Notes under the pieces: model-generated | The model's input: the letters and a program-made list of their open reading frames with translations, nothing else | What the model was told of the DNA's origin: nothing | Databases searched by the model: none | In this document: positions 1 to 9,743 of the stretch, piece after piece | Layout of the letters: each line of letters opens with the position of its first letter | Numbering within the stretch: position 1 is the stretch's first letter | Source: Candidatus Eiseniibacteriota bacterium | Lineage (GTDB): Bacteria > Eisenbacteria > RBG-16-71-46 | Length of the DNA stretch: 31,467 nucleotides | Direction: 5' to 3' | NCBI GenBank assembly: GCA_031364845.1 | Contig: JANLWX010000131.1 | Location: 1-31,467, forward strand | Program-made: the position numbers and the translations under genes

Positions 1-1110
1 GAAAACCCCGCGGTGGAGAAGGCAATGTTCAAGGTCTTCGACTACTGGCTGAAGATGGGTGTGGATGGCCTCCGCCTCGACGCGGTGCCGTACCTGATCG
101 AGCGCGAGGGCACTTCGTGCGAGAACCTGCCCGAGACGCACGACGTGCTCAAGTTCCTGCGCCGGCGCCTCGACGAGCACTATCCCGATCGCATGCTGCT
201 CGCGGAGGCGAACATGTGGCCGGCCGACGTGCGGCCGTACTTCGGCGACGGCGACGAGTTCCACATGGCGTTCCATTTCCCGATCATGCCGCGCATGTTC
301 ATGGCGCTGCGGCTCGAGGATCGCAAGCCCCTGGTCGAGATCATCGACAGCACGCCGCCGATCCCGGATTCGTGCCAATGGGGGCTGTTCCTGCGCAACC
401 ACGACGAGCTGACGCTCGAGATGGTGACCGACATCGAGCGCGACTACATGTACCAGTCCTACGCACAGGATCCGGTCGCGCGCATCAACCTCGGCATCCG
501 CCGCCGGCTCGCTCCGCTGCTCGACGGCGACCGGCGTCGCATCGAACTGCTGAACGGCCTGCTGATGTCGCTGCCCGGCACGCCGATCATCTATTACGGC
601 GACGAGATCGGCATGGGCGACAACATCTATCTCGGCGACCGGAACGGCGTGCGCACGCCGATGCAGTGGAGTGGCGCCAGCAATGCGGGGTTCTCCAACA
701 CCGATCCCGAACGGCTCTACCACCCGGTCATTTCGAACCCGATCTACGGCTACCAGGCGGTGAATGTCGACTCGCAGAAGCGCAACGGCCACTCGCTGCT
801 CAACTGGATGCGGCGTCTGATCGCGGTGCGGCGCTCGACGCCGGTGTTCGGCCGCGGCTCGATCGAGTTCCTGCACCCGGCCAACCACCGCGTGCTCGCC
901 TACCTGCGCTCGCTGGGTGACGAGCAGATCCTGTGCGTGCACAACCTGTCGCACTCCGCGCAGTCGGCGGAGCTCGACTTGAAGTCGCTCGCCGGCGCGA
1001 TCCCGATCGAGATGTTCGGAGGCAGCGTGTTCCCGCGCATCCGCGAGCTGCCCTACGTACTCACGCTGGCGCCGTACGGGTTCTACTGGTTCCGCATGCG
1101 GTGGATCTAG
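1..1110 (+). CDS. treS: Trehalose synthase / maltose alpha-D-glucosyltransferase (GH13), 5'-truncated by the window edge
   Basis: Motifs DGLRLDAVPYL, LLAEANMWP, FLRNHDELTLEMVT, NLGIRRRLAPLL and YYGDEIGMGDNIYLGDRNGVRTPMQW. The frame is open from base 1 and stops at TAG 1108-1110. No maltokinase fusion. Confidence 0.95.
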   Translation, partial: ENPAVEKAMFKVFDYWLKMGVDGLRLDAVPYLIEREGTSCENLPETHDVLKFLRRRLDEHYPDRMLLAEANMWPADVRPYFGDGDEFHMAFHFPIMPRMFMALRLEDRKPLVEIIDSTPPIPDSCQWGLFLRNHDELTLEMVTDIERDYMYQSYAQDPVARINLGIRRRLAPLLDGDRRRIELLNGLLMSLPGTPIIYYGDEIGMGDNIYLGDRNGVRTPMQWSGASNAGFSNTDPERLYHPVISNPIYGYQAVNVDSQKRNGHSLLNWMRRLIAVRRSTPVFGRGSIEFLHPANHRVLAYLRSLGDEQILCVHNLSHSAQSAELDLKSLAGAIPIEMFGGSVFPRIRELPYVLTLAPYGFYWFRMRWI

Positions 1111-1156
1111 TGAAGGGCGCACGCATGGCAAGGCGATCGCGCGGGAGGCTTCGGTC

Positions 1157-2437
1157 GTGACGCGTTCGAGCGTGCTGACCGATGAACTCGTGCAGCAGCT
1201 GGTGCCGGTCGGCCAGGTCGACATCCTCGTGGGCCTGCCGACGTTCAACAACGCCGCGACGGTCGAGTCGGTCGTCACCTCGATCCACTCGGGGCTCGCG
1301 CGGCATTTTCCGCTCGAACGCACGGTGCTCATCAATCCGGACGGCGGATCGGACGACGGCACGCCCGCGATCGTGCGGGGCGCTCCGCTAGCGACCGAGG
1401 AGATGCGCGGGTCGCGCTCGCTGCGTACCACTCATCGCGTGAGCGCGCCGTTCCCCGGGCTGCCCGATCGCTCGGCCGGTGTGCGCGCGGTGTTCGCGGC
1501 GGCGGATCTGCTGCAGGCGCGCGTGATCGTCGTGCTCTCGCCCGACCTCGCCAATCTGTCGGCCGACTGGGTCGCCGACCTCACGCGGCCGGTGTGGAAG
1601 GACCACCTCGATCTGGTGCTCCCGATCCATCCGCGCCACCGATTCGAAGGCCCGTTGCTCCACCAGCTGGTGCGCCCGCTGTTGCGCGCCGCCTACGGAC
1701 CGCGGCTGCGGGCCGATCTCGCCGGGCACTTCGCGTGCTCCGCGCGTTTCGCTTCCCATATGTACGCGCATCCGTTGTGGCAGCGCGACGCCTCGCGGCC
1801 GGCGCTCACGGCGACGATGGTCGCGACCGCGCTCGCGCGTGACTTCACGCTCGGGCAGGTGCATCTCGGAGCGTGCCAGTGGGCGTCGCGGCCGGGAGGG
1901 CCGGGCCTGTCGGAGCTGTTCCAGGATGTTGTGGGTGCGGTGTTCGAAGGTCTCGAATCGAGCGCCCCCGCCTGGCTCGCGTCGCCGTCGGGACGCGAAT
2001 CGGTGACGATGGGCACTCCGGTTCGCTTCGAAGGTCAGGAGCCGGCGATCGATCTCGCGGCGATGTCGGAACGCTTCATTGCCGGCGCGCGCGATCTCGG
2101 TCCGCTGTTGCAGCAGATCCTGACCCCCGAGACGCACGCGCGGTTGCAGGCGGTGACCCATACGGGCGAGGGAGTGCGGAGCTTCCCGGACGCGCTGTGG
2201 GCGCATGTGGTCTACGAATTCGCGGCCGCCCATCACCGCGCGGTCATGAACCGCGAACATCTGTCGCAGGCGCTGTTGCCGCTCTACCTCGGCCGCACCG
2301 CATCGTTCATCAACGACATGACGGCGGCCGACGACCTGGCGACCGAAGCCCGGATCGAGGCGCTCGAGCTCGAGTTCGAGACCGCGCGGCCGTATCTCGT
2401 CGAGCGCTGGAATTCAGAAGGAGGGACTGGGCGATGA
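1157..2437 (+). CDS. GT2-like glycosyltransferase, glucosylglycerate-synthase (Ggs)-like
   Basis: GTG start after GGGAGG. Motifs DILVGLPTFNNAATV and NPDGGSDDGT, and a C-terminal LLPLYLGRTASF...FETARPYLVERW typical of this family. Lies next to treS. Confidence 0.7.
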   Translation: MTRSSVLTDELVQQLVPVGQVDILVGLPTFNNAATVESVVTSIHSGLARHFPLERTVLINPDGGSDDGTPAIVRGAPLATEEMRGSRSLRTTHRVSAPFPGLPDRSAGVRAVFAAADLLQARVIVVLSPDLANLSADWVADLTRPVWKDHLDLVLPIHPRHRFEGPLLHQLVRPLLRAAYGPRLRADLAGHFACSARFASHMYAHPLWQRDASRPALTATMVATALARDFTLGQVHLGACQWASRPGGPGLSELFQDVVGAVFEGLESSAPAWLASPSGRESVTMGTPVRFEGQEPAIDLAAMSERFIAGARDLGPLLQQILTPETHARLQAVTHTGEGVRSFPDALWAHVVYEFAAAHHRAVMNREHLSQALLPLYLGRTASFINDMTAADDLATEARIEALELEFETARPYLVERWNSEGGTGR

Positions 2438-3141
2438 CCAATCTGATCGCGGATGCGATTCGTGGATCATGGACAAACTTCCTGTACGGACTCCAGATCT
2501 ATCTGCCGCGCGTGCTGGCGGCACTCAGCATTCTGATCGTGGGATGGTTGATCGCGTGGCTGATGAGTTCCGTGCTCGGCTACATCCTGCGCTGGGTACG
2601 CTTCGACGGCCTCGCTCAGCGCTCTGGAATCAGCGACATGCTGAAGCGCGTCGGGTTCCCGCCTGCGATCACGCTCATCACCTCGGCCGTGTTCTGGATG
2701 GTGTGGATCACGTTCCTCCTGTCGGGCGTGGCGGCACTCGGGATGGCGGGCATGGATGGGATCACGCTCCAGTTCATCGCGTTCCTGCCGCGGATCCTGG
2801 TGGCAGTCGCGATCGTCGCCGTCGGTCTCGTCACGGCGAACTTCGCGTGGCGGGCGACCCTGCTCGCGAGCGTCAATGCCAGCCTGCCCTCGGCGCGAAC
2901 CGTGAGCAGCCTGGTCCGCTGGCTCATCATCGTGCTCGCGATCGCGATGGCGCTCGAACAGATCGGTGTGGCGAAGACGGTGGTGCTGACTGCGTTCGCG
3001 ATCGCGTTCGGAGCGCTGATGCTCGGGATCGGCATCGCGATCGGCATCGGCGGCGCGCCGATCGCCCGGCGCGTGATCGAGCGCCAGTTCCCGGACCGCG
3101 CGGATGCCCCCAAGGAACCCGACGACATGTCGCACCTGTGA
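2434..3141 (+). CDS. Membrane protein with TM-helix repeats (CmpX/MscS N-terminal-like)
   Basis: ATGA overlap with the upstream stop. Repeated YLPRVLAALSILIVGW / FLPRILVAVAIVAVG, then ALEQIGVA and AIGIGG. About 5-6 hydrophobic segments. Confidence 0.8.
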   Translation: MTNLIADAIRGSWTNFLYGLQIYLPRVLAALSILIVGWLIAWLMSSVLGYILRWVRFDGLAQRSGISDMLKRVGFPPAITLITSAVFWMVWITFLLSGVAALGMAGMDGITLQFIAFLPRILVAVAIVAVGLVTANFAWRATLLASVNASLPSARTVSSLVRWLIIVLAIAMALEQIGVAKTVVLTAFAIAFGALMLGIGIAIGIGGAPIARRVIERQFPDRADAPKEPDDMSHL

Positions 3142-3198
3142 GATGATTTCGGCCGCAGAGCGCCGGTCGGCCACCGGCGCCGGAAAGGAACGGGCGTC

Positions 3199-3516
3199 AT
3201 GAGCGTGCGGCGCATTCACCAGGTCAGCGGCTGGGGCATGACGGTGTGCTCGGCGGCCGCGTTGCTCGCGGTACTGAGCGCATTCCGGATCGGGTTCCAT
3301 CCGCTCGCGATCCGTACCCAGCCGTCGCTGGCCGACGAAGGGACGCAGGCGCACGTGTTTCAGTTCGCGCTCGTCGCACTGGTGCCGGCGATGCTGCTGC
3401 ACTTCGCGACGTCCGAAGGGAAGACGTTCGGACGCAGCGCGCGGCATCTGGCATGGTCCGCGCTCGCCGTGATGCTCGCGTTCGGACTGCTCTATTACTA
3501 CGAGCATGGCCAGTAA
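3199..3516 (+). CDS. Small hypothetical membrane protein (3 predicted TM segments)
   Basis: 105-aa ORF with AAGGA upstream, three hydrophobic stretches and a DEGTQAHVFQ loop. Confidence 0.7.
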   Translation: MSVRRIHQVSGWGMTVCSAAALLAVLSAFRIGFHPLAIRTQPSLADEGTQAHVFQFALVALVPAMLLHFATSEGKTFGRSARHLAWSALAVMLAFGLLYYYEHGQ

Positions 3517-3549
3517 CGGCGGGTCGCGCCGCGGTCGGAACCTCGCCGT

Positions 3550-5922
3550 CTAGGGGGGAGTCGCCGTGGTGTCCACGACCGCCGCCGAGTTCCGGCGCGC
3601 CGTCGCCAGACTGTCCGCCAGCTTCTCGGCCGCGATGCGCTGCCAGTCCGCCTCGTGCGAACGCCCGCACATCTTCGTGGGTGCGGTGCCTTTCACGAAC
3701 GGCGTGCGCAGCGGTGACGGGCAGTCGCTGCGCGCACGCAGGCCGGTCCACGGATCGATCCACACCAGCTCGATCGTGCCCGAAGTGGGAAACGGAGTCG
3801 GTGGAAAGTCCTCGAGCAATCCATTCATCACGTTCGCCCACACCGGAATCGCGGTTTCGGCGGCCGGGCGGTTCAAGCTCTGAGGCTGGTCCCATCCGAC
3901 CCACACGCCGGCGACGATGTCGGGCGTGAAGCCGACGAACCACGCGTCGCGATACTCGTTCGTGGTTCCGGTCTTGCCCCCGGTCGGACGCGTGAATCCC
4001 CATCGCGCGCGCAGGGGATAGGAGACGCCGAAGATCACGACGTGCTCGAGCAGACCCGTCATCAACTCGGCGGTCTCGGCCGGAATGACTCGCACCGGTT
4101 CCGCGGGCACGCCCGCGCGCTCGGCGGCGCGCGCGCCCACTACCGCGCGCACCAGTGTTGCCGGATGCCGCACGCCGCCGTTCGGGAACGTCGAGTACGC
4201 GCCCACCAGCGACAGCAACGTGACCTCGTTGGTGCCGAGCCCGATGCTCGCGACCGGCTTGAACTTGCCGAGACCGAAGCGTTCCGAGTAGCGCGCGACT
4301 TCGCGCGGAGTCACGGCTTCCACGAGATTCGCGGTGGCGAGGTTGAGCGACTTGGCGAGCGCCTTCGCGAGGGTCACGGTGTCGTGGTAGTCGCCCTCGT
4401 CGTTGCGCGGCTTCCACGGGCCCTCGGGGGTCGCGAACTCGCGCTGGAGATCGGGCACCGTGGAGCCGGGCGTGAAGCGCGGCGCGCCGCGCGTGGGATC
4501 GAGGGCCGCGGCGTAGACGACCGGCTTGATCGCCGAACCCGGCTGGCGCACGGCGCGCGTCGCGCGGTTGAACATGCCGGGCGTCGAAAGACGTCCGCCG
4601 ACCACGGCCCGCACGAGCCCGTTCGAGGGATCGATCGCGACGAACGCGCCCTGCAGCGGCTCGGGTCGCCGCCCGTACTGGCGCTCGAGCCAGGTCACGC
4701 CTTCGGCGAGCGCGAACTCGGCTTCCTCCTGCCACACGAGATCGAGCGCGGTGAAGATCGAAAAGCCGCGCGTTTCGAGCGCGCCCTTCGGAAGTTTCGG
4801 CGTCAGCTGCTCGCGAACGGCCCCGACATAGGAGGGAAACCGATCGCGCGGAAGCGTGCCGGGGACGACGCGCAATGGTCGTAATTTCGCGCGGGCACCT
4901 TCGGAGGCCGGGAGTACGCCGGTCTCGACCATGTCGGCGAGCACCGCGTTGCGCCGCGCGCGGGCGGCTTCGGGTTTGCGCCGCGGATGGTAGACGTTGG
5001 GTGCCGGGATCATACCGGCGAGTAGTGCCGCCTGATCGAGGTCGAGCGAGTCGACCGGCACTCCGAAATACCAGCGCGCGGCCTCCACCACCCCCGCGAT
5101 CTGTGTGCTGCCGGCCTGGCCCCAGTAGACCGAGTTCAAATACATCTCGAGGATCTGATCTTTGGACAGCAGCACCTCGAGCCCGACGGCGATGCACGCC
5201 TCCTGCAGCTTGCGTCCCACCGTGCGCCGCGGCGACAGGAACAGCGCGCGCGCGACCTGCGGCGTGATGGTGCGGCCGCCCTGGCGCACCGAGCCCGCGC
5301 CGCCAGTCGCCGCGATCGCGCGCAGGTTGGAACGCGGATCGATCCCGAAGTGCCCGCGGAAGCGGCGATCCTCCGCGGCGATCACGGCGCTCTGGACGAT
5401 GCGCGGGATCCGCGCGAGCGGAACCCACGTGCGCCGCACGCTCGACGAATCGTCGAAGTGCGCGATCAGCACGGGTTCGAGCCGCGGGGGATGGGCGGAG
5501 TCGGGGAGCGCGGATCCGCGGATGCCACCGAGACGCGCGACCGACGCGACGCGGCCGCGTTCGAGTTCGATGCGCACGCGCTCCGGACCGCCGGTGCCGC
5601 CCGGATCCGGCGCTTCCGCGAACCCGCGCAGCACGATCTCGATTCCGCGCGGGGCGCGCGACCACGTGCCCGGCCCCGCGGCATCGCGAACTTCGCGGTA
5701 GCCGCGCGCTTCGAGGTGGGCGAGCAGCCAGCTCAAAGGCATCGGGCGGCCCGCCGTGAACGCGACGCCGTCGGAGTAAACGCGCGAGGGGAAACTCCAG
5801 CCGGGACCCTCCGCGCGGCGGGCACGGAACTCATCCACGCGGGCCGCGAAGCGCGCGAACCCGAGCACCGACAGCACCAGCACTGCGAGCGCGACGACCA
5901 GCGCCGCGCGACGCCAGCGCAT
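3550..5922 (-). CDS. mrcB: Class A penicillin-binding protein, PBP1B-like (UB2H + transglycosylase + transpeptidase)
   Basis: Start MRWRRAALVV with an N-terminal TM anchor. UB2H-like segment (LEARGYREV...PGTW...RLEP), EDRRFRGHFGID, RKLQE, ILEMYLN, RQPGSAIKP (SxxK), SLN and KTGTT. Confidence 0.88.
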   Translation of the reverse strand: MRWRRAALVVALAVLVLSVLGFARFAARVDEFRARRAEGPGWSFPSRVYSDGVAFTAGRPMPLSWLLAHLEARGYREVRDAAGPGTWSRAPRGIEIVLRGFAEAPDPGGTGGPERVRIELERGRVASVARLGGIRGSALPDSAHPPRLEPVLIAHFDDSSSVRRTWVPLARIPRIVQSAVIAAEDRRFRGHFGIDPRSNLRAIAATGGAGSVRQGGRTITPQVARALFLSPRRTVGRKLQEACIAVGLEVLLSKDQILEMYLNSVYWGQAGSTQIAGVVEAARWYFGVPVDSLDLDQAALLAGMIPAPNVYHPRRKPEAARARRNAVLADMVETGVLPASEGARAKLRPLRVVPGTLPRDRFPSYVGAVREQLTPKLPKGALETRGFSIFTALDLVWQEEAEFALAEGVTWLERQYGRRPEPLQGAFVAIDPSNGLVRAVVGGRLSTPGMFNRATRAVRQPGSAIKPVVYAAALDPTRGAPRFTPGSTVPDLQREFATPEGPWKPRNDEGDYHDTVTLAKALAKSLNLATANLVEAVTPREVARYSERFGLGKFKPVASIGLGTNEVTLLSLVGAYSTFPNGGVRHPATLVRAVVGARAAERAGVPAEPVRVIPAETAELMTGLLEHVVIFGVSYPLRARWGFTRPTGGKTGTTNEYRDAWFVGFTPDIVAGVWVGWDQPQSLNRPAAETAIPVWANVMNGLLEDFPPTPFPTSGTIELVWIDPWTGLRARSDCPSPLRTPFVKGTAPTKMCGRSHEADWQRIAAEKLADSLATARRNSAAVVDTTATPP

Positions 5923-6976
5923 CAGGGAGTGGAGCGGGTCGGCGTGGTCGCCCGGCGTTCGGCAGCCAGGTGCTGGTGCTTGCCCTGGATGAACTGCATC
6001 GCCTCTTCGACGTCCTGCTGCTGCCGACGAACAGCGGCGTGCGTTCGTGGAGCGCCGCCGGGGCGATCTCCATGATGCGGCGCGCGCCGTCGGTCGCGAC
6101 CCCGCCGGCTTCCTCGGCGATGAACGCGAGCGGCGCGGCTTCGTAGAGCACGCGCAGTTTGCCCTTGGGACTCCTCTGGTCGCCGGGATACAGATAGATT
6201 CCGCCGTAAAGAAGATTGCGGTGGAAGTCGGCGACCAGCGACCCGACGTAGCGCGCGCTGTAGGGGCGGCCGGTGGCATCGTCCTCGGTCTTGAGCCAGT
6301 CGATATAGCGCTTCACGCCGTCGTCCCAGCGGCAGTAGTTGCCCTCGTTCACGCTGTAGATGCGGCCGCGATCCGGCATGCGCACGTGCTCGTGCGACAA
6401 CAGGAATTCGCCGAGGCTCGGCTCGTACGTGAAGCCGTGCACACCGTCGCCGGTGGTGTAGACCAGCATCGTGCTCGAGCCGTACATCACGTAGCCCGCG
6501 GCGAGCTGGCGGCGGCCGGCCTGCAGGCAGTCTTCGATCGTGCCGTTGCCCTTGCGGGTGAGCCGCGGCAGGATCGAGAAGATCGTGCCGATGTTGACCC
6601 CGGCGTTGATGTTCGAGGAGCCGTCGAGCGGGTCGAAGTTCACGACATACTTGCCGACCGGCTTGCCCTCCTGGACCGGCACGATGTCCTCGTCCTCTTC
6701 GGAAGCGAGTACGGCGAGCTGCCCGGTCGAGCCGAGCACGTTGCGGATCACGTCGTGCGCGAACACGTCGAGCTTCGTGACCTTCTCGCCGTGGACGTTC
6801 TCACCGCCGGTGTAGCCGAGGATGTCGACCAGCCCGGCGCGCGTCACCTCGCGGTTGATCATCTTGGCCGCGAGCGCGATGTCGCTCAGCACGCTCGTGA
6901 ATTCGCCGCTCGCTTCGGGGTGGATGCTCTCCTGCTGCAGGATGAACTGGGACAGGGTGACCGAGCGCGTGGGCAT
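5922..6976 (-). CDS. fbp: Class I fructose-1,6-bisphosphatase with an apparent 1-nt deletion near 6018-6019
   Basis: Motifs SEE, FDPLDGSSN, GYVMYGSST, YSARYVGSLVADFHRNLLYGG and KLRVLYEAAP. After LFVGS the homologous tail (QDVEEAMQFIQG...) continues in another frame and ends at a TGA overlapping the PBP ATG. Confidence 0.9.
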
Positions 6977-6979
6977 CGG

Positions 6980-8374
6980 TCAGTCCGAGAGGCCCGAAAC
7001 GTCTTCGGGTCCCTTGAGCGCGTGGGTGCCGGCGCCGAGATGCGGGAACGATCCGGCGACGAACGGCGCATGCCGGGCCGCCAGTTCGCGCGTGCCCTGC
7101 GTGCCGAGCTGCGTGAGGAGGAACGTGAACTTGTCCTCGAGCGACTGCCCGATCGCCGCGCGCACCGCCGGCGGCAGGCCCCACATCTCGCGCTTGAACA
7201 TGCCGAGCGCCTTCTTGCGGGTCTTGTAGAAGAACTGCTCGTCGGTGTCGCTCGCCTTGCGCTCGTCGGCGGCCGCCGTGCGCAGCTTGTCATAGATCGC
7301 GCGCTTGAGATCGGCCGGGAACGACGGATGGTCGAACAGCATGTTCTGGAACTCGGTCGCGAGATGGATCTCGCACGCGCCGAGCTTGGGGAACCGGTCG
7401 AACAACGAGGCCGGCAGGGTGGAGGCGCCGTGCTGCACCGCGCCGCCCATGCGATACGTGTCCCGCGCGATCTGTGAGCACTTCTCGAGCGCGTCGAAGT
7501 CGATCTGCACTTCGGCGATCGAGCCGTCGGGCAGCGGCACACCGCCGTGGCTCGTTCCGGTCTGGATCGAGATCTTGCTGATTCCCGCGGCACCCGGGGA
7601 GCGCTGTTCGAGCGCTGCGAGGAACACAGTCATGAACGCTTCGAGTTCCTCGGGTGTGGAGTTCTTGCCGCCGACTTCGCCGATCTCGCCGCCGACCGAC
7701 ACCGTCACGCCTTGGGGCTCGTGCGCGCGGATGAACGCGGTCAGATCGGCGCACAAGCCACCGTTCAGCGTCTGCTGTGCCGCATGACCGCTCTTCGTGA
7801 GATCGACCAGCGTCGAGGTGTCGACGTCGATGTTGTAGAAGCCCGCGCGGATCGCTTCGAGCGTCAGCTCTTCGACCGCCTTGCGCTCCGCGGCCGGGTC
7901 GGCTTCGTACTTCTTGAGACCGATCTGGAAGTGATCGCCCTGGATGAACACCGGGCCCTTCCAGCCTTCCCGCAGCGCCGCCGAGATGATGACGAACGTG
8001 TACTCCGCCGGGCGCTGGTCGGTGTAGCTGATCTCGGAACGCGCGATCTCGCAGATCACCGCACCCGCGTCGAGCTTCTTGCGGGCCCGGAACAGCGCGC
8101 GCGCCGTGTCGTAGGACATGCCGCGGATGTTGATCGCGGGGGTCGTGAAGTTGGATGGCGCATCGCCGGTGCCGCGCGCGACATAGAGGCCATGGATCGA
8201 AGCGGGATAGATCCCGGCGGAGCGCGCCTGGTCCATGACCGCCGCCCGCGCCGCATCGCGAATTTCGCCGGCGCCGAACACGCCGGTCCACACCAGTCGG
8301 TCGAGCGCTTCGGAGTTGCCGGACACCATGGCGGCCGAGGCGTGGCGGATCTCTTCGTGCGACGTGAACTCCAT
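6980..8374 (-). CDS. Class II fructose-bisphosphate aldolase family protein (long form)
   Basis: Metal/substrate motifs QGDH, GGEIGEVG, QTGTSHGG, QHGAS and HLATE. AAGGAG RBS upstream; 3 nt from the fbp start. Confidence 0.88.
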   Translation of the reverse strand: MEFTSHEEIRHASAAMVSGNSEALDRLVWTGVFGAGEIRDAARAAVMDQARSAGIYPASIHGLYVARGTGDAPSNFTTPAINIRGMSYDTARALFRARKKLDAGAVICEIARSEISYTDQRPAEYTFVIISAALREGWKGPVFIQGDHFQIGLKKYEADPAAERKAVEELTLEAIRAGFYNIDVDTSTLVDLTKSGHAAQQTLNGGLCADLTAFIRAHEPQGVTVSVGGEIGEVGGKNSTPEELEAFMTVFLAALEQRSPGAAGISKISIQTGTSHGGVPLPDGSIAEVQIDFDALEKCSQIARDTYRMGGAVQHGASTLPASLFDRFPKLGACEIHLATEFQNMLFDHPSFPADLKRAIYDKLRTAAADERKASDTDEQFFYKTRKKALGMFKREMWGLPPAVRAAIGQSLEDKFTFLLTQLGTQGTRELAARHAPFVAGSFPHLGAGTHALKGPEDVSGLSD

Positions 8375-8384
8375 GGGGGATGAA

Positions 8385-8456
8385 CTCCTTAATAGGGGCG
8401 GCGAAAATTCAAATGGGACCCGGGAGGGCGTTCATTCGAAACGGTGCCGGAGTATA
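8385..8456 (-). promoter_or_regulatory. Putative -10 element and RBS for the aldolase-fbp-PBP operon
   Basis: Minus-strand TATACT (8451-8456) followed by an AT-richer leader and AAGGAG (8385-8390). No convincing -35. Confidence 0.4.
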
Positions 8457-8495
8457 GACCCGGGGCCGGGATCGCATCCAGCCCCCGGAAAGGCC

Positions 8496-9743
8496 TTACG
8501 CCCCGAGCATCACGCAGCTGGCGAGACTCTCGCGCAGCTCCGGAAACCTCATCGGATCGAACGTCGAGATGCCGGCGGCGCGGTTCCAGCTCAGCAGCTC
8601 GGCGAGGTCCTGCGTGCACGCGGCCGCCATGCCCATGCCGTGGCCGGTGAAGCCTGCGCAGATCGCGAGGTGATGTTCGGGATCGAGCCATCCGACCAGC
8701 GGCCGGCCGTCGCGCGCGAAGCCCATGATGCCGGCCCAGCGATGCTCGATGGCGACCGGTTCGGGGACGAGTTCGCGCAGGCCCGACTCGATCGCGTTCT
8801 GGATCGTGTCGGTGATCTTCTCTTCGTAGCCGGTTTCCGAATCGAGGTCGACGTCGCGCCAGCCGCCGATCACGAGCCGGCCGTCCGGGGTCTGACGCCA
8901 GTATTGATAGCCGTAGTTCGCATAGCACGGCCGCGGCGCCACGATCTGCTCGAGCGGAGCGGTCGAGATCACCTGTCCCCGGCGCGGCTTGATGACCGTG
9001 TCGAGGAACGGGCACAGGAGCGGGGCGTAGGCGTTGGTGCACAGCACGAGGCTGCGCGCGCGGGCGATCCCGCCGTCGAGGCGCACTTCCCAGGTTCCGG
9101 CACTCCAGCGCGCGCCGCGCACCGCGGATCCGGAGAACAGGTGCCCGCCGCGGCTCTGGGTTGCGGCCGCGAGCCCATGGAGGAACTTCACCGGATGGAA
9201 TTCGCCGTCCTCGTTCGTGAGGAACGCGCCGTCGAAGTACTGCTCCGCGCCGGCGGGCACCGCACCTGCGAGCGGGATCTCGCGCATCGGGAAACCGTCG
9301 GACTCGAGCAACGGGAGCGAACTGCGCAGGGCTTCGGACTCCTCGGCGTCGCGCGTCAACCGCAGGCTGCCCGACGCGCGGTAGTCGCACTCAATGCCCA
9401 GCGTCTCGGCGAGATGGCGCACGCGACGATGGGTGCGGCGACCGATCTCGAGCACGGCACGGGCGCCGGTGCGACCCCACAAAGCCACCTGCTCGGGATA
9501 GGGCTCCCTTGGAGCGACCAGCAGGAACCCTGCATTGCGGCCACTCGCGGCACCGGCAATCGGGCCCGAGTCGAACACCGCGACCGACGCGCTCTGCTCG
9601 ACGAGCGTGTGCGCGAGGGTCAGTCCGGAGATGCCGCCGCCGACGATCGCGACATCGACGTCGAGTTCGCCCGTGAACGGAGGAGCCGAGAACGTGGAAT
9701 TCGCCCACCACAGGGGCACGGAAGTCGCGTTGGATTTTTGCAT
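8496..9743 (-). CDS. FAD-dependent oxidoreductase, DAO family (PuuB/gamma-glutamylputrescine oxidase-like)
   Basis: DVAIVGGGISG, GAASGRNAGF, FHPVKF, CTNAY, HRWAGIMGF and AGFTGHGMG. Probable start MQKSNAT at 9743. Confidence 0.88.
   Translation of the reverse strand: MQKSNATSVPLWWANSTFSAPPFTGELDVDVAIVGGGISGLTLAHTLVEQSASVAVFDSGPIAGAASGRNAGFLLVAPREPYPEQVALWGRTGARAVLEIGRRTHRRVRHLAETLGIECDYRASGSLRLTRDAEESEALRSSLPLLESDGFPMREIPLAGAVPAGAEQYFDGAFLTNEDGEFHPVKFLHGLAAATQSRGGHLFSGSAVRGARWSAGTWEVRLDGGIARARSLVLCTNAYAPLLCPFLDTVIKPRRGQVISTAPLEQIVAPRPCYANYGYQYWRQTPDGRLVIGGWRDVDLDSETGYEEKITDTIQNAIESGLRELVPEPVAIEHRWAGIMGFARDGRPLVGWLDPEHHLAICAGFTGHGMGMAAACTQDLAELLSWNRAAGISTFDPMRFPELRESLASCVMLGA

Noticed and set aside
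3160..3180. GC hairpin after the TM-helix gene as an intrinsic terminator
   Set aside because: No U-tract follows, and such stems arise often by chance at this GC content.
3224..5665. Long alternative-frame and antisense ORFs (e.g. 3224-5665, 8235-9914, 16549-18519, 25051-26535)
   Set aside because: Arg/Ala/Pro-rich shadow ORFs expected in high-GC DNA, overlapping genes with clear family motifs.
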